NCBI GenBank assembly: GCA_965649295.1
Contig: CBFGKH010000004.1
Coordinates: forward strand, 32,001-96,000
Source of the DNA: a candidate division WOR-3 bacterium
Lineage (GTDB): Bacteria; Hydrothermota; Tepidihabitantia; Tepidihabitantales; Tepidihabitantaceae
Length of the DNA stretch: 64,000 bases
Direction of reading: 5' to 3'
The notes under the pieces are model-generated. The model was given only the letters and a program-made list of their open reading frames with translations, had not been told where the DNA came from and made no database searches. How positions within the stretch are numbered: the stretch's first letter is position 1; every line of letters starts with the position of its first letter. Below are positions 18,982 to 27,684 of the stretch, piece by piece. The position numbers were made by a program, and so were the translations under genes.

Positions 18982-20271
18982 TTAGCGGCCGACTCCGATA
19001 TAGGTAAATCCGGCCTGCTCAACCTCGCTCCGCTCAAAGAGGTTGCGACCGTCGCAGATAATCGGTAGCCGCATGCGCCGTTTCAGCTCGCCCAGGTCGA
19101 GCTTGCGAAACTCCGGCCACTCAGTAAGGATTGCCAGCAGATCGGCACCGTCTGCGACATCGAGCGCTGTCTTACAGAACTCAATTCCAGGAATCACCTT
19201 CTTCGCCCGTTCCATCGCCTGCGGGTCAAAAGCTCTGACCAGCGCGCCCTCGCGCACCAGCTCAGCAATAATATCAATTGACGGAGCGAACCGCATATCA
19301 TCAGTATTAGGCTTGAATGCCAGGCCCAGTACACCAATCCGCTTGCCACGCAGATTCCAGAGCACCGACTGAATTTTACGACAGAACCGCCGTTTCATAT
19401 CCTCATTCACAGCTGCGACCTCTTTCAGCAACCGAAAGTCGTAGCCAAGCTGCTGGGCAATGGCAATAAACGCAGCCAAGTCCTTCGGAAAGCAGAATCC
19501 GCCATAGCCGATGCCAGCCTCCAGAAACGCCGGTCCGATGCGCTTGTCCATCCCCATCCCTCGCGTCACCTGCCGCACATCGGCACCAGCCGCCTCACAG
19601 ACAATCGAGAGGGCATTAGCAAAAGAGATCTTCATCGACAGAAAGGCATTGGACGCGTGCTTGATCAACTCGGCAGACGCAATGTCAGTGAAGATAATCG
19701 GAGCATCAATCGGTGCATAGATCTCCTGCATAATCTGCCGCGCCCGTTCGGTTTCGCAACCAACTACAATCCGGTCTGGCTTGAGGAAATCATCAACTGC
19801 TGAACCCTCACGCAGAAACTCGGGATTCGAAGCGACATCAAACGGCGTCTTTTCTCGGTTATATCGCTCAATCGTCGTCCTCACCCATTTACCGGTCTGC
19901 ACCGGCACCGTTGACTTCTCAACAACCAAATGGTAGTCCTGCATTGACTCGGCGATATCACGAGCTACATGCTCAACATAGACCAGGTCCGGCTCACCGG
20001 TCTCACGTGGTGGAGTTCCAACCGCAATAAAACAGACCGTTGAGTCACGCACCGCCGCTTTGATATCGGTTGTAAAGCTCAGTCGGCCCGCCTTGCGAGA
20101 TTCAGCGATGATTTCCGCAAGCCCTGACTCATAGATGGGCATCTCACCTCTTTCAAGCATCGCAATCTTTTCCGCGTCATTGTCCACGCAGTGAACATGA
20201 TGCCCAATCTTAGCCAGACAGGCCCCTGAAGTTAGGCCGACATAACCCGTACCAATCATCGCAATTCTCAT
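18982..20271 (-). CDS. ugd: UDP-glucose 6-dehydrogenase
   Basis: GTGYVGL, KSTVP, SNPEFLREG, GYGGFCFPKD, GLAFKPNTDDMR; start set at ATG 20271 after TTGACT-16-TAAGCT. Confidence 0.95.
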   Translation of the reverse strand: MRIAMIGTGYVGLTSGACLAKIGHHVHCVDNDAEKIAMLERGEMPIYESGLAEIIAESRKAGRLSFTTDIKAAVRDSTVCFIAVGTPPRETGEPDLVYVEHVARDIAESMQDYHLVVEKSTVPVQTGKWVRTTIERYNREKTPFDVASNPEFLREGSAVDDFLKPDRIVVGCETERARQIMQEIYAPIDAPIIFTDIASAELIKHASNAFLSMKISFANALSIVCEAAGADVRQVTRGMGMDKRIGPAFLEAGIGYGGFCFPKDLAAFIAIAQQLGYDFRLLKEVAAVNEDMKRRFCRKIQSVLWNLRGKRIGVLGLAFKPNTDDMRFAPSIDIIAELVREGALVRAFDPQAMERAKKVIPGIEFCKTALDVADGADLLAILTEWPEFRKLDLGELKRRMRLPIICDGRNLFERSEVEQAGFTYIGVGR

Positions 20272-20980
20272 AGTCCGTAAGCTTATTTCTCTGCCCTGCC
20301 AAGTCAAGCTACCAAAAGACAATTCCTTGCAGCGGCTGTGCCGACCGAGCGTCACGACCAGTGCTTCTCCCGCCTTCCCGCAGACGAACACAACGATAGC
20401 AGCCTTGAGACCATCTCCTAGACCTCAGCTAGAAGTTCTATCGGTAATCTTGGTGGCTCAGCTACAATTGCTTTTGGAATCCGGTTCGGATGCAGGCAAA
20501 CAAACAGGTCACCAAGGAGTCTAAGCAACAACCGCGGAATCCGGTTCGAAACAAGCCTGGATGACAGGGCCCGGAGCCTTGTGCCCAGCGCTTATCCTGA
20601 CAGCCATGGTAACTATCCCGGGAGTGGTCCCCCAAAAAACGATTGTTACGCTCAACTTATTGTCCGTCCGCAACTTCAGCCCCAATCGAACCTCAGTAGT
20701 CTGTATACTACAAAGTACACAACCTCAGTTCGCCCAAACCTTATCAATTGGTCGTACGATCAGACTGTTTGCGCACTTCGATTTGTCAGCGCATATAACT
20801 ATTCGGTGAAGCTATTTCGGATTACTGGGTATGCCACTCGAACCAACAGTCCGGCTACTGCTTGCTGCCTGCCTCTCAGCAACTCGGTCACTATCCGCCG
20901 AGCTTATCAAATTTACTGCCAGCCACTCATCACAACCGCCCGTCCCTTGCGCCGCCGTCTGACCAAGCTATGATTCCTGC

Positions 20981-21334
20981 GTGGATGAACTGCTTGAACG
21001 CGACCCCCGCTATCGACTCGAGGCCTATCTCTTTGTCCACGCTGCCCTACCGCGAGCCCAGCAGATTGCCAAGAAGGCCAAACACGTCACCGGCCCTGAA
21101 CTACTTGAAGGCATCCGCCAACTGGCGCTCGAGCAGTTCGGTCTTCTGGCTAAGGCGGTGCTTAATTCTTGGGGTGTTTACACCACTGATGACTTCGGCA
21201 ACATCGTGTTCAACTTGGTGAATGCTGGATTCCTGAGCAAGACTGAAGAAGACCGAATTGAGGACTTCCATGCGGTCTACGACTTTGATGAAGTCTTTGT
21301 CCAAGGCTACTCATTCGGTCCCGATGTTGGCTGA
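20981..21334 (+). CDS. Conserved hypothetical protein, Minf_1886 (Verrucomicrobia/Planctomycetes-type) family
   Basis: DPRY..EAY.FV, HVTGPELLEG, FG.LAK.VL..WGV.TTDDFG.IVFNLV, DRIEDF pattern; GTG start 6 nt after TATGAT. Confidence 0.75.
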   Translation: MDELLERDPRYRLEAYLFVHAALPRAQQIAKKAKHVTGPELLEGIRQLALEQFGLLAKAVLNSWGVYTTDDFGNIVFNLVNAGFLSKTEEDRIEDFHAVYDFDEVFVQGYSFGPDVG

Positions 21335-23321
21335 TTTTTCGGCAAGCAGGATATTTGGACCAGATGGCAAGCTCGCTGCTACCCTGCCCGACTTCGAATA
21401 CCGTCAGGAGCAAGAGACGATGGCTGCTGCAGTCTGGCAAACGCTCTGCAACGGGAACAAGCTAGCAATCGAAGCTGGCACCGGCGTGGGCAAGAGTCTT
21501 GCCTACCTTGTCCCAGCCGCTATCTGGGCAACTCGCCAGCGCCGAAGGGTTGTCGTATCAACCTACACCCGTCTGCTCCAGTATCAACTTCTCTCCCGCG
21601 ATGTACCGCTGGCGCTATCGGTCGTTGACGACCCGCCACCGGTAAGCATTGCCTATGGCCAAGACAACTACCTGTGTCAGTTTCGACTCAAGACCCAACT
21701 GGGCCGTGGGCTGTTCGACTCCCGTGAGGAAGCGGTCAGGGTCGAGCAGCTAATCAAGTGGGCGACTGCGACGAGGAATGGAATCATCCTCAACTATCCA
21801 GACATCCTCCCGCCGTCAATCCAGCGCCGTGTGACCCGCGACTCAGGTGCCTGCCGTCGCGAGCGTTGTCCCTATCGGCAGAGCTGCTGGTACTGGCAGG
21901 CCCGCGCAGAGTGGGATAGGTCCGGCATCATAATCACCAACCACTCGCTCTACTTCGCCAGCGTCGTCGGGTCAACCGACATATTGCCGGAACACGCAGC
22001 AGTCATCTTCGACGAAGCTCACCGACTCGAAGAGGCCTGTGTCCGTCACTTTGGCACGGACCTGTCGCAGCGCGCAGTTGAACAGTTGCTCGACGATATC
22101 TCCGCTCCGGGTCAGGCCGGACTTTCAAGACTATTACCAACACAATCAGCCCTACGCCGCGACATCGATGCTACGGTCGTCGAAAGCCGTAAGGCGACCC
22201 AGCGTTTCTTTCTCGAAGCCGCCACCCACCTACCTCAAGGCCAAGAACGCACTCGCTTGAGCCAACCGCTTGCCAGTGATGAACCAGGCCAGGCTATCGG
22301 CCGACTGGCAGCACTATTGACCGAAGCTGCCTCCAAGCTTGATGATGAACTGCTGGCTGCCGAGTTCGCCGGTGTTGCCCGTCGGCTGAACGCAACTGCC
22401 GCCGCCTTTGCTGCCTTTGCGTCGTTCGATACTGAGAACTCGGTCTACTGGGCTGACGCGGGCGCGCCAGAAAACCTCGCCTTTGTTTCGGCACCACTCA
22501 ACGTTGCGCCAATGCTCAAGTCTCACGTTTACGACCGAGAAATGCCGACAATCCTGACCTCAGCCACGCTGACTGTTGCTGGAAGCTTCGATTTCTTTCA
22601 ATCCCGACTCGGAGTTACCGAATTCCAACAGATTCGTCTTGACTCCCCCTTCGACTACACCCGGAACAGCCTGCTCTTCATTCCTTCCCGCATACCGCCA
22701 CCCACAAGTGGCACCGCCTTCATCTGCGCCGCTGCTAAGACGATCAAAAGAATCCTGGACTGCTCGGACGGTCGCGCCATGGTTCTATTTACAAGCTACG
22801 ATATGCTCAACGCTGTTCGCACCCTGATGCCAAAAACTAAGTACGCGGTGCTTTGCCAGGGCGAACAGCCAACCAACCGACTGCTCGCCGAGTTCCAACA
22901 GGATATCCATTCAGTGCTCTTTGCGACCCAATCGTTCTGGCAGGGAGTAGATGTGCCGGGAGAATCGCTGTCGTGCCTGATTATCTGCCGGCTGCCGTTC
23001 GAAGTCCCTGACGACCCGCGTCTTACAGCGATTGCCGAGAAACTAAAACAGGAGGGTGTTGATCCATTCACTGTATACCAATTACCGACCGCGGCACTCC
23101 GTTTCCGTCAGGGATTCGGTCGCCTCATTCGCTCAACGACCGACCGCGGTGTTGTCTGTGTGCTTGACCGCAGGATTACCGATCGGCCTTACGGTCGGGT
23201 ATTTCTAAACTCGCTACCACCAGGAATACCTGTCACGTTCAACCTCACTGATGTCCGAGACTTCTTTCGGTACCCCGACCGTTTGACCAAGACCGTCGAC
23301 CATCTGACTGGCCAGGATTGA
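21324..23321 (+). CDS. dinG: DinG/YoaA-family Fe-S ATP-dependent DNA helicase
   Basis: YRQEQ, EAGTGVGKSLAYL, Cys cluster, FDEAH, LTSATL, FWQGVDVPG, QGFGRLIRS. Confidence 0.9.
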   Translation: MLADFSASRIFGPDGKLAATLPDFEYRQEQETMAAAVWQTLCNGNKLAIEAGTGVGKSLAYLVPAAIWATRQRRRVVVSTYTRLLQYQLLSRDVPLALSVVDDPPPVSIAYGQDNYLCQFRLKTQLGRGLFDSREEAVRVEQLIKWATATRNGIILNYPDILPPSIQRRVTRDSGACRRERCPYRQSCWYWQARAEWDRSGIIITNHSLYFASVVGSTDILPEHAAVIFDEAHRLEEACVRHFGTDLSQRAVEQLLDDISAPGQAGLSRLLPTQSALRRDIDATVVESRKATQRFFLEAATHLPQGQERTRLSQPLASDEPGQAIGRLAALLTEAASKLDDELLAAEFAGVARRLNATAAAFAAFASFDTENSVYWADAGAPENLAFVSAPLNVAPMLKSHVYDREMPTILTSATLTVAGSFDFFQSRLGVTEFQQIRLDSPFDYTRNSLLFIPSRIPPPTSGTAFICAAAKTIKRILDCSDGRAMVLFTSYDMLNAVRTLMPKTKYAVLCQGEQPTNRLLAEFQQDIHSVLFATQSFWQGVDVPGESLSCLIICRLPFEVPDDPRLTAIAEKLKQEGVDPFTVYQLPTAALRFRQGFGRLIRSTTDRGVVCVLDRRITDRPYGRVFLNSLPPGIPVTFNLTDVRDFFRYPDRLTKTVDHLTGQD

Positions 23322-23323
23322 CG

Positions 23324-23352
23324 TTGACAGTCAATGCCCGGCTGTCGATACT
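23324..23352 (+). promoter_or_regulatory. Putative sigma70 promoter (leaderless, GTG at 23358)
   Basis: TTGACA-17 nt-GATACT, then 5 nt to an in-frame GTG. Confidence 0.6.
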
Positions 23353-23357
23353 TTCAT

Positions 23358-24761
23358 GTGTCCATTCTCGGCCACCTGCTACTAGGCGTTAGCCTCGTTG
23401 GTGCCTGGTCAATCTTATCAGACGCACCGTTTGACCAGCAGGCTCCAACAATCGCCACGACCGCCACCGGTTTTGTCGTCGCCTGGCAGGACAATCGCAA
23501 CCTGTCCCAGAATCAGCCACAGCAAATCTATGCCTGCCGCCTCGACAATAGCGGGCGGCTCATTGACACTGCCGGGATTCGGCTCTCGTCAGACAGCGAA
23601 GCAGACGACGCCGGACCAAAGGTCTCAGCTAGCGACAGCCACTGCCTTGTCATCTGGCATCGCGGTTGCTGATTCAACCGCGATGTGCTCGGTGCCCGGG
23701 TGGCACCAGACGGAAACCCTGGCCCCACGATAATTATCAATAGCCAGCGTCAGGACCAATTCGTCACCAGCCTGGCATGGAACGGCGCCCAATACCTAGT
23801 CGCTTGGCAAGATCGCCGCTGGAGCCCAATGCGGATTGCTGTCACCCGCTTGACGCCTGACGGTACAGTCCTCGACACGGTCGGCTTGCCGCTGAACGGA
23901 CAGGACACCCTGGCCCTCCAGACCGGCCCAGCAGTGACCAGCAACGGGACTGACTGGCTGGTCACCTGGCTCTCGGACGGGCTTGACGTCTGTGCATTGC
24001 GGATTGCCGCCAACGGCACCCAGCTCGATAGCACTGTTCTTTCTCTTGCTCCTGGCCAGCCGTTCGAATACGCTGTTGCCGCTGCAGCCGACAACAATAA
24101 CTATCTCGTGGTCTGGGCTGGCGACTCGCCTTCTGGCCGCGGCTCGGACTTACTCGGTATTCGCCTCGCGCCTGATGGCACAGTTCTCGACCCTGAACCA
24201 TTCGTGATTGCCAGCCATCAGGCCGAACTGAGCTCGCCGGCAGTTGCCTACGCTGACGGTCTCTATCTTGTAGTTTGGACTGACTGGCAGGTTGACGGCG
24301 ACATCTGTGCCAGCCGTGTGCTGCCATCAGGAATCGTGCTTGACCCTGACGGCTTTACGGTCTGTGCTGACATAGGTGTCCAGCGCCATCCGGCCGTAGC
24401 TGCCGGACACGGCCGTTTTGTTGTTGTCTGGTCTGGAGTCGGCGCTGATTCTAGCTACGACATCTATGCTGCTGTTCTCGACAGCCTCAATCCGACCGCC
24501 CTGAACAGGGAACCTCAAGAGCCGCGGACATTACTTGCATCACTCGTCAGCCCATTACGTGTCGGCAGGCCGATCACACTCTCTGCCATATTGCCTTGCT
24601 CGATCCAACTCCACCTCTTGGATAGCAATGGTCGTGTTGTCCGCAGCGCAGCCAGCTCGAACAACCTTATCGATACCGAGGGCCTGCCCCCCGGCGTCTA
24701 CTTTCTCATCCTGGCAGGAGGCAAAAAGACTGCCGCCACTCGGGTTCTTCTCATCAAGTAG
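23358..24761 (+). CDS. Secreted beta-propeller-like repeat protein with T9SS-type CTD, with one in-frame UGA at 23670-23672 (candidate selenoprotein; alternatively a nonsense pseudogene)
   Basis: ORFs 23334..23672 and 23685..24761 are in the same frame; xLVxW..D(I/V)xxxRxxxxG repeat continues across TGA (WHRGC*FNRDVLGAR); N-terminal signal-like peptide; C-terminal LPPGVYFL...RVLLIK. Confidence 0.7.
23685..23711 (+). promoter_or_regulatory. Putative bacterial SECIS hairpin
   Basis: GGTGCC-CGGGT-GGCACC (23691-23707), extendable by GT/CT : AG/AC pairs with single bulges; loop begins 24 nt after UGA and has G at position 2. Confidence 0.5.
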
Positions 24762-24808
24762 CTTCTGGCAAGACTTGTCCCATCCGAGTCGAGTCGCTAT
24801 AGTAACTA

Positions 24809-26545
24809 GTGCATCGTTCCCTTACAGTAGCCGCATTGCTCTTTGGTCTGACGCAGGCTAATATCATCGTCAACCCGGGTTTTGAAGACTGGGCGAACGA
24901 TTCGACTCCGGCTGGTTGGCGCATCGAGTCCCGCTCGCGTACACGAGTGACCTGTGAGCGTGACAGCGTTAGAACCGGTGCCGCTGCCTGCCGTCTGACA
25001 CGAATGGTGAGTGGCACCGGCAACAATAGCGGGCTGTTACAGCAAGTTGCGGTTGCTCCCAATACCCGTTACTATTTCGGATTCTGGTGTCAAGACAACT
25101 CGCCACTCATTGCCGCTGGCATGATGGTGACCTGGCGTCGACAGGACTCAAGCTATCTTCGCTCGACCAGCATCAAATACTCAGCCGATGCACCGGGTTG
25201 GCAACTAGTCCGCGACTCGGCTGTGGCCCCGGAGAGCGCGGCACTAGCTGATGTTATCATCCGCACCTACGGTACTAACGGAGCGCCTGCCGGTACGAGC
25301 TTAGTCTGCGACGATGCCTCATTTGCCAGTACACAGCCCCAGCTTGAAAGTATCCGAGTCTGGTTCGTCCAGGATAGCCTAGCGCAACGACTGATTGCCT
25401 TCTTCGACTCCGCCACCGCTTCCATCGACTACTGCTGCTACAACTCCTCGCGTCCAGACGTCACGCTAGCACTGATTCGTGCCCACAATCGCGGTGTGCG
25501 CGTTCGCGTCATCACCGACAACACTCGACTAACCAATCAGTGGGTGAGCTACCTGCGGGGATCTGGTATCACAGTCTGGTCCGACTCAGGCAGTACTGGC
25601 TCAGGCAACTACATGCACAACAAATTCGCGATTCGCGACCTCGCCGACAACGACACAACTAACGACCGAGTCTGGAACGCAAGCTACAATCCGAATGATG
25701 GTGAGACCAATGCCGACTATGGCATGGAACTGCCCTCATCTGCCCTGGCTCAGGCCTATCGCCTTGAGTTCAATCAGATGTGGGGTGACACCGGCATGAC
25801 GCCGAACCCAAGCCGAGCCCGGTTTCACAGCGCCAAAACCGATCTCCTGCCAACTCATCAATTCACAGTCTGCGGCGCACCTACCTACCTCTACTTCTCT
25901 CCCCAGAACCGTGTGGTGGATACAATCGAGGCATTTGCCCTGCGGGCTGGCCGCGAGATTGGCTTTGCAGTCAATGCCTTCACCTACAACGACCTTGGCA
26001 TTGCCCTCCTTTCGCGCCACAGCAGCGGTTGCCGTGTCTTCGGCACTTTCGACCGAGCCAACGTTGGCGACTCAGCGTCTGAATATCACCGGCTGCGTCA
26101 ATATGGCGTACCAGTCCTAATCGACTCGGTTCCATTTGGTACTGGCACACTGCACGAGAAAATCATGGTGATTGACTCAGAATATGTAGTATGCGGCTCG
26201 GCTAACTGGTCCAACAACGCCAACTACTCCAACGACGAGAATACCCTTATTATCAGGTCGCCAAACCTCGCCCGTCTCTTCATGGCCGAGATTATCCGAC
26301 GCTACCTGGAAGCCGGCGGCACTTACCCGCCAGGAATCCTCGAACAGGAAGTCTGGCCCTGCCCGACACCATGGTCGCAACGACGACAGACTATTCTACG
26401 GCTGGCAGACATTGTCACTCAACCTACCGACCTCTGCTTCTACGATGTGACTGGGCGCCAAATCGACCGGACTCTCGTCAGACCTGGTATCCACTTTGTC
26501 CGAAGACCCAAGACTCAACTGAAAGCACTGATAATCGCCAATTGA
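24809..26545 (+). CDS. Secreted phospholipase D-superfamily protein (two HKD motifs) with N-terminal CBM-like domain and T9SS-type CTD
   Basis: Signal peptide; NPGFEDW..P.GW CBM4/9-like domain; HNKFAIRD and HEKIMVID..GSANWS..N.EN; C-terminal YDVTGR...PGIHFVR. Confidence 0.82.
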   Translation: MHRSLTVAALLFGLTQANIIVNPGFEDWANDSTPAGWRIESRSRTRVTCERDSVRTGAAACRLTRMVSGTGNNSGLLQQVAVAPNTRYYFGFWCQDNSPLIAAGMMVTWRRQDSSYLRSTSIKYSADAPGWQLVRDSAVAPESAALADVIIRTYGTNGAPAGTSLVCDDASFASTQPQLESIRVWFVQDSLAQRLIAFFDSATASIDYCCYNSSRPDVTLALIRAHNRGVRVRVITDNTRLTNQWVSYLRGSGITVWSDSGSTGSGNYMHNKFAIRDLADNDTTNDRVWNASYNPNDGETNADYGMELPSSALAQAYRLEFNQMWGDTGMTPNPSRARFHSAKTDLLPTHQFTVCGAPTYLYFSPQNRVVDTIEAFALRAGREIGFAVNAFTYNDLGIALLSRHSSGCRVFGTFDRANVGDSASEYHRLRQYGVPVLIDSVPFGTGTLHEKIMVIDSEYVVCGSANWSNNANYSNDENTLIIRSPNLARLFMAEIIRRYLEAGGTYPPGILEQEVWPCPTPWSQRRQTILRLADIVTQPTDLCFYDVTGRQIDRTLVRPGIHFVRRPKTQLKALIIAN

Positions 26546-26595
26546 AAACCCCTCGTCGTTTGACTTCAGTAACCCCAAAGCTAGACTCAGGGTTA

Positions 26596-27684
26596 ATGTG
26601 GATTCTGGCCATCAATCCAGGCGGCGGGTCCACTAAGGTTGCGGTCTTTCACGGTCCCAAATCGGTCCTTTCTGAAACCATCGAACATCCGCCTGCCCAG
26701 TTGGTGCGGTTCGGCCATATCCTCGATCAGTATAGTCTGCGCAAAGATGCGGTACTTGCCGTTCTTGCCCGTCACCACTTCGACATCAGCCGCATCGAGG
26801 CAATCGCTACCCGCGGTGGCCCGCTACTACCACTGCCGGGCGGCGTTTATCGGGTCACCGAACGACTCGTGGCTGACATTCACCGCGGTGCCTATCAGAC
26901 TTTGCACCCTTCCTTGCTCGGCCCGCTCGTCGCTTGGGAGCTCTCCCAGGAACTAGGCGTGCCTGCCTGGTTCGTTGACCCAGAATCTACTGACGAGTTC
27001 TCGCCAGTTGCTAGAGTGTCGGGGCTCAAAGGGATCGAACGGATTGCTCTCTCCCATGCCCTAAGCTGTCGTACCGTCGCTCAAGCCGCTGCCCGACGTC
27101 TTGGACGGCCTTATTCACGCTGCAACCTCGTAGTCGCCCATCTCGGCACTGGCATCACCGTTGCCGCTCACGTTCGCGGCCGCCAAGTTGATGCCTCCAA
27201 TGCTAACGATGAAGGCCCATTCTCACCGCAGCGAACCGGCTCACTACCGCTCAGCGCTCTGATACGGCTCTGTTTCTCCGGTCGCTATACCGAGAAACAG
27301 GTCCTCGATATCTGCCAGCGCCAGGGTGGACTCTACTCGTATTTCGGGACTGACGACATCCGACAGATCGAGTCGGCTGCCACCCACGGCAACAAGCAGG
27401 CCAATCTGCTACTACAGGCGCTTGTCTATCAAATTGCGAAAGAGATTGGTGCCTATGCCGCGGTCTGTGCCGGCAAGGTTGACGCGCTAGTCATAACCGG
27501 TGGCCTGGCCAAGTCCAAGCGAATTGTCCGCCTGTTACGCGCCCAGGCCGGTTGGGTTGCCAAACGGGTCTTCGTCTTCCCAGGCGAAGAAGAGATGGCC
27601 GCGTTAGCCAACCGGCTGCTGCTCGTATTAACCAAAAAGGAACAGGAACGCAATTATGACGCAGAAGTTGCTCTCCGGCGATGA
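26596..27684 (+). CDS. buk: Butyrate (branched-chain acyl) kinase
   Basis: ILAINPGGGSTK, RGG.L.P..GGVY, SHAL, VAHLGTGI, EGPFSPQRTG, PGEEEM; start at ATG 26596. Confidence 0.9.
   Translation: MWILAINPGGGSTKVAVFHGPKSVLSETIEHPPAQLVRFGHILDQYSLRKDAVLAVLARHHFDISRIEAIATRGGPLLPLPGGVYRVTERLVADIHRGAYQTLHPSLLGPLVAWELSQELGVPAWFVDPESTDEFSPVARVSGLKGIERIALSHALSCRTVAQAAARRLGRPYSRCNLVVAHLGTGITVAAHVRGRQVDASNANDEGPFSPQRTGSLPLSALIRLCFSGRYTEKQVLDICQRQGGLYSYFGTDDIRQIESAATHGNKQANLLLQALVYQIAKEIGAYAAVCAGKVDALVITGGLAKSKRIVRLLRAQAGWVAKRVFVFPGEEEMAALANRLLLVLTKKEQERNYDAEVALRR

Noticed and set aside
20420..20560. CRISPR array
   Set aside because: Only two good and one poor repeat copy, irregular spacing, and no cas genes in the window.
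20490..20610. Cyclic-di-GMP-I riboswitch (GGCAAA, GTCTAAG, ATGACAG fragments)
   Set aside because: The required GNRA-capped P2 stem and GCAAA junction could not be built.
21324..23321. DinG as part of type IV CRISPR or another defence system
   Set aside because: Ordinary YoaA/DinG features with no cas or defence neighbours.
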